DNA of 55,787 nt, filler included, from Jimgerdemannia flammicorona (lineage: Eukaryota): assembly GCA_003990765.1 (NCBI GenBank). It is 3 parts of 3 records of this genome, joined end to end, with 100 filler letters (N's around TTAATTAATTAA, not from the genome) between each part and the next. Parts side by side here need not be neighbours in the genome. Positions count along the whole stretch, not along the records: positions 18,636 to 37,163 come from RBNJ01002189.1; 2 more parts are not named here. One strand, written 5' to 3'. Numbering within the stretch: the stretch's first letter is position 1; each line of letters starts with the position of its first letter. Both the position numbers and the translations under genes were made by a program. This document shows, piece by piece, positions 20,998 through 32,399 of the stretch. The notes beneath the pieces were generated by a model that saw nothing but the letters and a program-made list of their open reading frames with translations, made no database searches and was not told the DNA's origin.

Positions 20998-23900
20998 CTA
21001 TAATTCCAACAATACAATATCACCCCCAACCTCAACCAATGCTCTGTGGACCCAACCCTCCCCCTTTGACCTCCCCCTGCTCAAGCACTACCCTATTACC
21101 CACTATCCGAATCCTCCCACCACTCTTCTAGGAGATACACTGCACCAAACCCCTGCGGTTCCCCCCACCCAGCCCCCAACCTCACCACCAGCTATTCAAA
21201 ATGTCCAATAGCAACCATTCCCAACATACCACCTTGTCCCCAACCCCAACCTGCCGCCCCTCCTCAAAGACATGAACCCAATGTCTAGCCAACCCAACCC
21301 ACATGGCCAAGGCCCAACCAAGGGTCAGCCATTCGTCCCCAACCCCACCCACCAGTTGCCAGCAGAGCTCTCTCCATCTCCCCCCTTCCTCTCCCTCCAG
21401 GGCACCCAGCCCTACCCAGTCCATAATACATCTTCAAAACTCCTCCAAAACCTCACACTCGCCAAGCCAATGTTCAGACATTTGTACCACTCCTCTCTCC
21501 TGACCAATGTTGAAACACTCCTCGCACTTGAATACTCCACCATCCACCAAGTGTCCAGACCAATAGTTCAACATCATATTCTGCTATAGAACATGCCTCA
21601 CCCTTTTGCTCCAAAGCCAGAGTCCATTCCAATCCCACTCCTTACCAATTCCAACCCTCTGCCAGGCTTCAGGCCACAGGTCTCCACCCAGGCCCCGCAG
21701 ACACTCTAGACCTTCGCTAAGCTGAAAGTTCTCCACTGGAACACCACCCAGTAGAAGCCTGTCCCACCACCACATCTACAGTCCCCAATCCTCCTCGGCT
21801 TTATCACCTTACCACCAAAGTCCAATTTACTTAGTGCCATCCACCACCCCCCACCAGAAGCCCATAAACTGCATCCTCCTGCTCCCATCCATGGCCACCA
21901 TCACGAGCAGGTCACCTGAGTCCCCTGTGGGGAGTACTGAACTTCCCACAACCTCTGCATGAGTGGCGCCCACTCCCGACCCCTAAGCTCACTCGCCCTA
22001 TGCAACCACCAAGCTCTCAAACATTGAAGCTGCTTAGTAAAGTCCACTAAGCCCAGCCCACCTCTTTCCAAGGGCAGTGTGAGCACCTCCCACCCCACCT
22101 GGCTTCACCGCCCTCCCCAGATCCATGACCTCACCATCTTCAACAGCCCCTTGATCACTCAGGTTGAAAAATCCAAATGATATCCCACATACCACAGCTT
22201 CGGCATCCAATATACATTCAACACCATCACCCTACTGACAAGGGACATATGCCGACCTCCCCATCACAGCAGAACATTTTCTCACTCCAGAAGTTTTTGG
22301 TCCCACCATGCCCAGGGGAGAAGAGATCCGAATACCAAGAAGTGATCCCCAAATAATGCACTGGTTTGCCAGCCAGTACCACTATCCCAATGACATCACC
22401 ACCAATATTTCCCGCACCCAGCACCAGAGTCTCGCATTTGTGCCAGTTTAGTTTAGCACCAGAACCCCTCTCATACCATTCCACAGACCTCTGTAACTCC
22501 CCCACATCCACCAAGGAGCCCAGCCCGACCACCATATTATCAGCAAAGGCCCCCACCTTCCAATTAATCCCTAAAATGTCCAAATCCCCAATCCGGTGCT
22601 GAATTCTGTCCAGTAGAGGCTCCAAGGAGAGAGCATACAATATGGGCAACAAGGGGTCCCCTTGCAGTACCCCACAGCCCAGGGGAAAAGTCACCCCCCT
22701 GTGGCCATTGATGACCAATGCTGCCTGACTGTCTATCAAGAGGCTGATCAATGATCCTTGGAACCCTGGGGGAATACCAATCTATTTCAGTACTCTCTCC
22801 AGCCATATCCTCTGCACTCTATCATAAGCCTTCTCTTGATCCAGAAACACCAATCTGCCATCCACTCCTGTCGCCCAGGTACCTTCAATCACTCCATGTA
22901 TCCAAGCTGTCCCATCTTGAATTAACCAGCCACCAACAAACCCATGCTGCTCCACACCAAGCACCTGCTGAGCGATTCCTTGCAGCCTCATCACCAAGAT
23001 CTTTGTTACCAGTTTATGGTCTATGTCGAGAAGTATGATTGGCTGCCAGTTCTTCCAGTCTTCATGCCTCTCCTTATTCTTGTAGATCAAGGAGACTAGC
23101 CCTAAGTGCTGTCCCCCAATCCAAGCACCAGACTGAAGAACTCCATCACACATAGCAGTCATTTCCTCTAGCACCTCGCCCACCCCAGCCATCTTCTGCC
23201 AAAAATCCCAGGGAAGTCCATCCTCTCCTGGAGCTGTCCCCTTACTCGTCGAGGCCACAACTCTGCAAATTTCCTTGCTGCACACTGGGTCCCCCAATGC
23301 CCTAGGGCTCATTGCAGGGCTCTGGTGCCAATCCCCCAGCTGCCTTTCAATATTCAGAGCATCCACTCCTCCTTCCTCCTCACTCTATAGATTCTTCCAA
23401 CTAGTTCTCAATAGGCCCAGAATCACTAGAGTCCCCACCACCAGCTCACCATTTGCATCCAGAACTCCCTCTCACCACTGCTTCATTCATCATACTTGTA
23501 ACAACTGTGACAAAAACCTAGTAGGCCTCTCTCCCTCCTCAAGCCCCTGCCACTGCAGCTGGGCCACCATACCCTGCAGCTTCACCTCCTCCTCTCTTCG
23601 TAACACTCCTTTAAGCTCCTCTACCTCCTGCCAGATTCTCACAATATGCCAATCAGTCAACTCCCCATCTTCCAGCATACCTGCCCATCTCTCAATGAGT
23701 GCTGCCAGATGCCGCAAGGCCCACAGCACCCTCTGCCTTTGTTGGGCATGCTTTCCTTTCCCTGCTTCCCTCTAGTACCCCTGAGCATTCGCCTTCAGTC
23801 TTCTCCAACAGTCCCCAATCCCAAGGCCTTGTTTCTGCTATCTACCAATATTCCCAACCACCTCCATCTCCCAACCCTCCCACAATATCCTATTCTCTAA

Positions 23901-24656
23901 CAAGAAAGAATTTAGCCACCAATGTCCAGGCCCATCCTCACTTCCCCCAAACCTCCCCCCTCCAAGCAGCCCCTAGTGATCAGACCACGGACACCAAACT
24001 ACTTCCAGCATTGACCAGACATCTGCTCCCCAACACTCCACTGTCAAAACCCAGTCAATCCTGGAGCTCAGTCCTGCTGCCCAGTGGGTGTACACCCACC
24101 AATTGGCCCAAAAATGCCTTCTCAAGTCCACCAAAGAACTCAACCTCTCTGTCTCCAACCAGTTACCCAACCCACCACTTTTGCCCTGCATGCCTCTCCC
24201 TCCATCTGTTCTATCTATCTCCTTATCCCATACCATGTTGAAGTCACCCCCCATACAGTCCAGCCCAACCTCTCCCAATAAACCAGCCTCTCTCAACCTT
24301 CGAATCCAATCCACCCTCTCCCCTCTCTCAGCTGGGTAGTAACAAGACCCAACTGTCAATGATCCCTATCCAGGCCTCCTCCACATTCCCCACACCACCT
24401 GAGACCCCCAATGTCCAATGTCCACAATGTCCCCCATCTCTTTCCGAACAAGAATACACACTTTTCCTCTCCATACTGCTGCACCCCCCCATTCCTTAGT
24501 CTAATTCTATAAGTCCACATCTGCCTCATAACGAACATTCTGTAACAAGAAGAGGTCCACATCTAGTCCCTTAAGCCATCCTAATATATACTTCCTCCTA
24601 GCTGCCCCCTATAATCCATTAATGTTCAAAGAGAATATCCTGGTTGTACTATTCAT
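20998..24656 (-). pseudogene. LINE ORF2: APE endonuclease, RT and C-terminal domain
   Basis: SLNINGL, GGDFN, SRIDW, WSDH; APGEDGLP, FLDQEKAYDRV, GVLQGDPL, FADN, YLGI, RGGLGL. Confidence 0.93.
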
Positions 24657-24687
24657 ATTGAAAGAATGTTGCAATAGAGACTCCAGC

Positions 24688-26932
24688 CTAGAATTCCATG
24701 CTTATCTCATCCCCAGCCAAATCCAAGTGCCATTCAGCTTCCAAGTCACCCTCTGCATTAGTCTGAGCATCCAGTGCCTCCAAGATTTCCTGACATTCCA
24801 CTCCATCCACTACCTCCATCTCTGACCGGTAGTCCAAGCAGACTGCACACCACTTCTCCAGTCCCTTCCTCGAGTTCCACAAGAATAGTGCCCTGTTACT
24901 CGCAATCCTCCTAAGTTCCTCCTCTCTCTGATCATTGACTTGATATTCAACTGACTCCAGGAGAACAGCCAGGATCTCATTCCTCATCTTCCTTGGCACC
25001 TCCTCCCCCCATAGGATCTCCTCCCAATGCCTCTCTTCCATCACCCTGAAATCCTCTCCCCCCAGCTCTTCAGCCACTACCCCTTCCAGGGTCTTCTACA
25101 TCTACTTCTCCTCATTCACTACCTCTGCCACACCCTGAGCGATTTGTCCCCCATCCACCTTGGGTCCACCAGCATGCTCCTCTACACTGACTCATCCCAC
25201 TCCTCATCTGGCACATCCAGCAGCTCCTCCTCTCCCTCAGCTCCACCCAGGACACTACACTGGGGGTGCACACCTTCGCTCATATCTGCATCTGCCTCTA
25301 TATTGCCTTCTCTCTTCTCCTCCACTACTAGCTGAGCCCCACTCTGGGCCCTTTCACCCCCCTCAGCCCAGGCACTTTCCTGCAATCCTGCAACCCCCTC
25401 CCCTGAGCTTCCACTGGCCCTACCCCCACTCAACCTCGCCAGCAGCTCCTTCTGGATTTTCCTCCCCTGCATCTTCTCCCAGGCTCCCTTCTCCATCTGA
25501 ACCCTCTTCCCATCCACCTCCCCCACCACCATCCTGGCCTCAAACTCCTTCCATGCTAATCTCCTCCTCACGACCACCCCTTCCAGATCCTCCAGAGCCT
25601 CTAACAGGTCCTCCTCCTCCTCCTGGGTCCCCTTCACCCTCATGACCTTACACTCCACCAGTCCCCACCTCAGCTCACTGGCCAGTCTCTCGACTTCCCC
25701 ATACTCTCCCTCTCAGCCAGCCTCACCCTAACATCAACATCACCAGTCTGAAGCTCCATACCCTCCCAGACCTTGAACCCAACATCCACAATCTCTCCAT
25801 ACTCCCTGATCACCTCTACAACTAACTCCCTGGTCCTCTCCTTTCACACTGTAGGGAGATCCAACGCTGTTAACTCCTTCCATACCAATCTCCTCCTCAT
25901 GACCACCCCTTCCAGATTCTCCAGAGCCTCCAACAGGTCTTCCTCCTCCTTCTGGGTCCCCTTCACCCTCATGACCTTACACTCCACTGGTCCCCACCTC
26001 AGCATCACTGGCCAGTCCCTCGACTTCCCCATACTCTCCCTCTCAGCCAGTCTCACCCTAACATCGACATCACCAGTCTGAAGCTCCGTACCCTCCCAGA
26101 CCTTGAACCCAACATCCACAATCTCTCCATACTCCCTGATCACCTCTACAACTAACTCCCTGGTCCTCTCCTTTGACACTGTAGGGAGATCCAACACTGT
26201 CAACTGCACCACTTGGGGGTCCCAGCACATGCACCTGGCCATAGAGACAACAACCCTGCCAACTGTCACCCCCTTCTCCAAGGCTGCCAGCAAGGTGTCT
26301 TCCTCCTCAAACCCCACCTCAACCCCTTCCTTCCCCTTCAAAAACTTCACCAATGCTGCTCCCTTTGCCTCCTGCACCACCAGCCCCAAAATCTTCCTTG
26401 CCATCACCGCCAAGCTCTGGAAACACATCATAACTGCGAATTCTGACCTTGACTTCTTGAGTAATGGGGCCAACACCATGCCTGTAACCCCATCTGCCAG
26501 GTCTCCGGGCCTCATGCCTACTCCTAGTTCTGTCTTATCAACTACTGTCACATCTGGATTTTTTGCCAGATCCCCAGTCACAGCCCCATCACCAGTCACA
26601 TCTCTAGCCCCTACTCCTGCTCCTCCCCTACCCTCAGTAACTCCCCTGGGTATACCTCCCAGTCCCCCAGCAGCAGCTGTTGATGCCTTCCCTAGGCCCA
26701 GCCAACAACCTAGACCTGAGGCCATCTTCCCCATTCTGACCTTATCAGCAAAGGTCAACCTCTCCCCTCCTCTCTGCCTCAGACTGCCCCTCCCTCCACC
26801 ATCAGGACCTCAGCTAGCCATCAAGGCCCCCAGCATCTCCAAACCATCTCCCCTCCTCTCTACCTGCTGCCAGCCAAAGGCGCCATCTCCCCCCTGGCCA
26901 GTACGCTCACCAGTTTGATCATTGCCATCCAT
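24688..26932 (-). pseudogene. LINE ORF1, with an RRM-like segment duplicated
   Basis: ATG at 26932 (MDGNDQTGERTG). ORFs 25844..26758, 25182..25658 and 24688..25077. RRM-like VQLTVLDLP...IREYGEIVDVGF. Confidence 0.8.
25543..26205. repeat. 330-bp in-frame tandem duplication in LINE ORF1
   Basis: Near-identical blocks offset by exactly 330 bp (e.g. 25773 vs 26103), with AACT microhomology at the junction. Confidence 0.92.
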
Positions 26933-27085
26933 GTCGATAGTCATTGGACACCAAAAACATAGTAAAAAGTGTTGTCTGAGTATTGTGTCACCTGAATGTT
27001 ACTGGTGAAAGATGAGTGTACATAGTCCTCCAGTACAAGGCTGCTATACTGGTCCAGTGCTCTACTCATCTCCAATCTATGAACA

Positions 27086-27202
27086 ACCAACTCTGAAATG
27101 GTCTGAGACTAAGCAAAGCTTAGTCCTAGATAGACGAGGTACTGTAGGTGCCAAAGTCTGTCCCAGACTTTGTGAGCTTGGGGAGGACTATGAAGAGTTG
27201 GT
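27086..27202 (+). repeat. Internal complementary region (ICR) of DIRS-1
   Basis: ACCAACTC...GAGTTGGT block whose second half is complementary to the 3' terminus at 27484-27563. Confidence 0.85.
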
Positions 27203-29568
27203 TTCTCACCCATCTCCACCCTTTCCACTTCCTTTTTGTAGGTTCTTCTCTTCTCTGATGGCCCTGGCCACCAGGGGGTTTTTTCTTTTTTCCTTACTTC
27301 TACTTTGGGCTTACTGCCAATCTTTCTTGGCTAAGGGAACTCTATGGGAGCAGGGACACTTTTATTACTATATTTTATACAAATGTCTCACACATATATC
27401 TTAGACAGATGAATTCACAGTTACATGTAAAACCACTATTTCTAAGACAAATAAAGTATGCCATCACTTTCTAGATGGCAGAAACCAACTCTTCATAGTC
27501 CTCCCCAAGCTCGCAAAGTCTGGAACAGACTTCAGTGCCTACAGCACCTCGTCCATCTGGGAATAAAGGTCCCCTGACTCCCATGGAGTCCCTTAGCAAG
27601 GAAGCTTGGTACATGAGTATGAGAGGTATGTAATATATGTGGGGGGGGGGGGGGGGCGAAGATGTCTGAGAGGGGGAGTGATGGTAAAACAAAAAAACAT
27701 ATATGATGAGATGTATGGAATGTGTCCCAATCAGTGAACTGGAGGGTAGCATATTTGAGAAACAGAGAAGAGTGGGAAACCAACTCTTTATGGTCCTCTA
27801 CAATGCTTGCAAAGTCTGAGACAGACTTAGGCACCTATGGCACCTTGTCTATCTGGGACTAAGCATCACTTGTTCCAGACCATTTCAGGTTGATTCATAG
27901 ATTTGATATGAGTGGAGTACCAGACTGGTGTGGGAGTTTTGTCCTTGAGGACCATGTAGATAAGAGATGTTATCTGGGCAGATTTGGAGAGAATGGGTGC
28001 CCAGTGAGACAAGTGGTAGTGACATTCAAAGGTGGTCTTGGAGCTCCAGTTCCTGCTTTCCAGGACCTCATTGATGGATGTCCCACCTTCTAATGCCTTG
28101 GTGGAGGTTTCAGCATAGATAGAATGTGAGTAGTGGATTGGGTCAATGCCAGTAGCAGCCATGTATTCTGAGAACTAGTTGTAGAGATGGTTGGCTGTCA
28201 GATTGTGGTGTAGAGACTATATACTGATAAAGAGGTGGTCCCCATTCATTGCTGGACATAGGGGTTCCATTTTGTACATCCAGCAGAAAGCCCAGTATAC
28301 TGGACATATGTCCTTATCTTCTAGGAGAGTGAAGATGGAGCAGGAAGTCTTGTAGGAGTTGTCAGGGGTATATTTCTTAGCCATGTCAGTGGTTAGGACT
28401 ATCTCAGCTGACCAGTCATCTTGGCCTCCCTGGAAGTCCATAGTTGTCTGATATTGTACAAAGTCACTAGCTATGTACTATGAGATGTAAAATATAAGAA
28501 GAGTATATATCTTTTTCCTATATAGGACTATCTGTTTAATGGAGTTGAAGGGACCTAATGATTGGAGCCATTGGATGAGAGTAGAGATATCTCAACATAG
28601 GGCTTTGTTCTTGAGAGAAAGGAGATATAGATTTTCTGCTCTCTAGATAAGGCAGGAGATTGTGAGGAGTTTGGAGAAACAGATGCTATTGATGGATAGT
28701 GTCAAGCAGCCAATAGTAGTGTGGACACTATAGAGTTGGCAAGTGCTCATGTTCTTATAGAAAAGGTGGTCTAGGCAGTTGGTCTGTTGTTCTATAGTTG
28801 CTCTGGTGAGATTGATATATCATTAACTATACCAATAGACACAGTACTGATATACAGATTCATAGTTCTTATGGGAAGAGGTTTGCATGCTGACCCAAAT
28901 GAGACTTCTAGCTAGTGCTGTCAGATTTTCAGTATCTGGGGAGTACTACTGATGAGCTACACTAGAGTATTCCAGTGATGTGTCCATGTCACTATTGCTG
29001 TTGCATGATGTGGGAGAAGGATTAGAGGAGCTATTATCATTTCCAAGAGCTCAGGCCACCAGCTCTGTCATTGCCAGAAGGGTGTAATAAGAATGAGAAT
29101 GTTATAATAGTTCTCCTTCACCTTGTGCAGTATATAGTTGATGAGGATCCAGAGGGGATTTGTGTATGCCCTGGTGAGTGACTATTAGTATTGGAAGGCA
29201 TCTGTTTCCAGGACTGCTGGGTCGGGCCACTGGCAGTAAAAAAGGGGGTCTGCATCATTATTTAAGATATGAAAAGATTTATGTAGATTGGGTTCCACTG
29301 ACAGTAGAGTTATTGGAAGATAGATGATTGTAGTTTCCAATTATTAGGATCAGAGTATATATAGCTCAGAAAGTCTGTCCACATGTTCTTGGTCTCTGGC
29401 AGATATTTCACAAAGAGATAGATATATCATATCAGACAGATCTGATGGATCTGGGCAGTGATTCCAATAAGGTAGAGGAGAGATCTCTCTTATTTATTGA
29501 TGAAGGCCTATATTGTCATATCATCTATCTGAATAAGCACTGTGCAGCCTTCTCAGTAGTTGCTGTTG

Positions 29569-30389
29569 GGTATTACTGAACCACATTGGTCCTTCTCCCC
29601 ATCAACTCCATCATTCCTTTTCCCCATCCCCATTACAACTACAATGGCAACACTGGCCACATCACAATCTTGCTATCTACATAGCTATACTCATACCACA
29701 TATCAAGTATGGTCTCGAGCAAGGCAAGCACAGGATCTGACAAGGCAGTGATAGTGTCATGTGGATGGTAGCAAAGCAGAACTACAGCAGGGGGTTCAGC
29801 ATTGGTGATGAAATTATTGGCAGGGTTGGACTCGGCCTCGAGGACGTGCTCTTGACACTGGGCCTTGGAGAAGGCAAACATGGCAATAACCTCCTCCATC
29901 AACTCAAAGTGCACATTCTCATCATCATCATCATCTGCCTCGAAGTCTTCATAGTCATACTCATTATCTGCCTCAAAGTCCTCATAGTTATACTTGTCAT
30001 CCTTGGCCTCTTCATCTTGATCACCAGAGTGTGGAGTCACTTTGTCCTCCAGCACAGGGTATCTGTACCAATTGTGATGATATATAGTTGGATATGATAT
30101 AGGATGGTAGAATCCCTGATGAAGATACCATGGTTGCTAGGTTAAAGGCCACCCATGAGAAGGCACTGGCTCTGGTAGTAGAGAGTGAGAGCTATAAGCA
30201 GAAGGTGCATATGGGTTATACAGATGTGGCATGAAGGGTGGTCCAAACTGTAAGTGTATTGGGTATAGGATTTGGCAAAGCCATTGGTCTCTCTTTGTTT
30301 TTTCAAAGTGGATAGCATAAAATGCACTGAAGGAGAGAGAGCCTTATGGAGGCACAAAGTTTGAGAAAGAGAGGTAGTAGGACATGGTG
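29569..30389 (-). mobile_element. 821-bp insertion of unknown class with a perfect 16-bp TSD, carrying one decayed ORF
   Basis: TCAGTAGTTGCTGTTG at 29553-29568 and 30390-30405. DIRS-2 RH sequence is continuous across the site. One reading frame, 30385 to 29639. Confidence 0.8.
29639..30385 (-). pseudogene. Unknown ~248-codon ORF: Tyr/Pro/His-rich N-half, acidic middle
   Basis: CACC-ATG at the insert 5' end is in frame (330 bp upstream) with ORF 29639..30055. Only two internal stops (TAA, TAG). Confidence 0.55.
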
Positions 30390-31188
30390 TCAGTAGTTGC
30401 TGTTGATCTGTAGTATAAAAAGAACTATCTTTAGTTCACAGTAGTTGATAGAGAGAAGACATTTGGAAGATGTCCATGTGCTGACTGTCTAGGACATTGT
30501 ATGATTACAGATAGATGAGGTGGAGATCTTGAAGCCCAGCCCACATCACTGGCATCTATGTCAACTGTGATCTCAGAGACCTCCAAGAGGAGAAAGTAGC
30601 AGAAGTTTGTAAGACTATTAATGAAGATCAGTCTTAGTGTTCAGAGATAGTATCATTATACCATTCTAGTTAGTATAGCAGCAAGCCATCTAGATGTCAT
30701 GAATAAGAGACCAGATACAGAAGTGGACCAGAGAGAAGACCCATATTATTGAGTTATAAAGACCAACCAGTGAGGTAATATTGCAGATTGGAAAGGTGGT
30801 CAAGATATGTTATAGTAGGTTCATTGTTCCTGGATGGATGAGATATCATAGGTGCTGAAGTCTGTCCCAGACTTTGTAAGCTTGGGGAGAACTGTGAAGA
30901 GTTGGTTTCAGCCATCTAAAAAGCAATGGCATGCTTTATTTGTCTTAGAAATAGTAGTTTTACATATAACTGCAAATTCATCTGTCTAAGACATATGTGT
31001 GAGATATTTGTATAAAACATAGTAATAAAAGTGTCCCTGCTCCCACAAAGTTCTCTTAGTCAAGTAAGATTGGCAGTGAGCCTGAAGTAGAAGTAAGGAA
31101 AAAAGAAAAAAACCCCACAGTGGCTGGGGCCATCAGGGAAAAGAAGAACCCACAAAAAGGAAATGGAAAGGGTGGGGATAGGTGGGAA

Positions 31189-31305
31189 ACCAACTCTTCA
31201 TGGTCCTCCCCAAGCTCACAAAGTCTGGAACAGACTTTGGTGCCTATGGTGCCTCATCCATCTGGAACTAAGCTTCACTTGGTCTTGGACCATTTCAGAG
31301 TTGGT
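31189..31305 (-). repeat. ICR of DIRS-3
   Basis: The left part is the reverse complement of 30826-30906 and the right part of 35584-35624. Confidence 0.9.
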
Positions 31306-32360
31306 TGTTCATAGATTGGAGATGAGCAGAGTGCTGGGCCAGTATAGCAGCCTTGTGCTGGAGGACTATATATACTAAAGATTTTGCCTGAGAGGTCTTG
31401 GAAAGAACTGGCAACCTGTGGGATAGATGGTAGTGACATTTGAAAGTGGTCTTGGAGCTCCAGTTCCTGCTCTCCAGGACTTCATTGATGGGAGTTCCCC
31501 CTTCTAATGCCTCAGTGAAGGATTCCACCTGAATAGAATGGGGGCAGTGGATGGGGTTGATGCTAGCAGCTGCCATACATTCCAAAAACCAGTTGCGAAG
31601 GCAGTCAGTAGTTAAGTTATGACGGGAAGAGTGTGTGCTGATGAAGAGGCAGTCTCCACCATATAGTGGGTGTAGGAGTTCCATTTCGCATGTCCAGCAG
31701 TAGATCCAGTATACCAGGCACATGTCCTTGTCCTCCAGAAGCACCAGGATAGGGTGGGAGGTTTTGAAGGGAGAGTCAGGTGTGCATTTCTTGGTCATGT
31801 CTACAGTGAGAACCATTTTGGTGGGCCAGTTGCCTTGATCACCCTGGAAATCCACAGTCACCCAACATTGGGCAAAGTTACTTGCACCATACCATGATGT
31901 ACAAAGTGCCAAAAGAGTATGGGTTTTCTTGCCATTCAGGACCCACCACTTGATAGAGTCAAAGGGGCTCAAAGAGACCAACCAGTGGATAAGAACAGAG
32001 ATGTCCCACCACTGGGCCTTATCCTTGGGTGGGGGGGGACATAAGTTGCCTACCCCCCAGATGAGGCGAGAGACTGTAGGGAGTTTGGATAAATGGACAC
32101 CATAAATAGCAGGAGACCATTGGCTGATGGCAGTGCAGATGCTGCAGAGTTGTCAGATGCTTATGCCCTCATGAAAGAGAGGGGTGAGGCAGTTCATCCG
32201 CTGCTCAGTAGATACACAAAGGGGATCGATATGCTGTTGATGATACCAATAGATATAGTGTTGGTAGGTGGACTTGTAGTTCTTGCAGGAAGAGGTCCAG
32301 ATACTGGCACAGATGAGGTTGCAAGCTGGCTCCACCAGTGCTGTGGTGTCTGGAGGTGCC
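31295..32360 (-). pseudogene. DIRS tyrosine recombinase
   Basis: ORF 31295..31981: HCPHSIQVES...RNWSSKTTFKCHY. Confidence 0.88.
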
Positions 32361-32399
32361 ACTGATCAGTCAGGCAAGAGCATCCCAATGGTACATCCA

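Larger units (their letters stand above)
20955..27014 (-). mobile_element. Full-length L1/Tx1-like LINE (~6.06 kb) with a 16-bp TSD
   Basis: TSD AGT(A/G)TACATAGTCCTC at 20939-20954 and 27015-27030; the empty site is visible in DIRS-3 near 31360-31380. Contains ORF1, ORF2, AATAAA, hairpin and a short A tail. Confidence 0.93.
18978..27563 (+). mobile_element. DIRS-type tyrosine-recombinase retrotransposon 'DIRS-1' (RNase H to 3' end), split by a full-length LINE at 20955-27014
   Basis: RH, MT and YR motifs at 18978-20900. Sequence resumes at 27015 with ICR 27086-27202, ITR 27331-27491 and a 3' extension to ~27563. Confidence 0.9.
27564..30829 (-). mobile_element. Older DIRS element 'DIRS-2', 3' part (ITR remnant, ICR ~27775-27895, YR, MT, RH)
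   Basis: ORF 27866..28162 HSIYAETS...NWSSKTTFECHY, and YTNPLW near 29145-29165. Collinear with DIRS-3. Confidence 0.85.
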
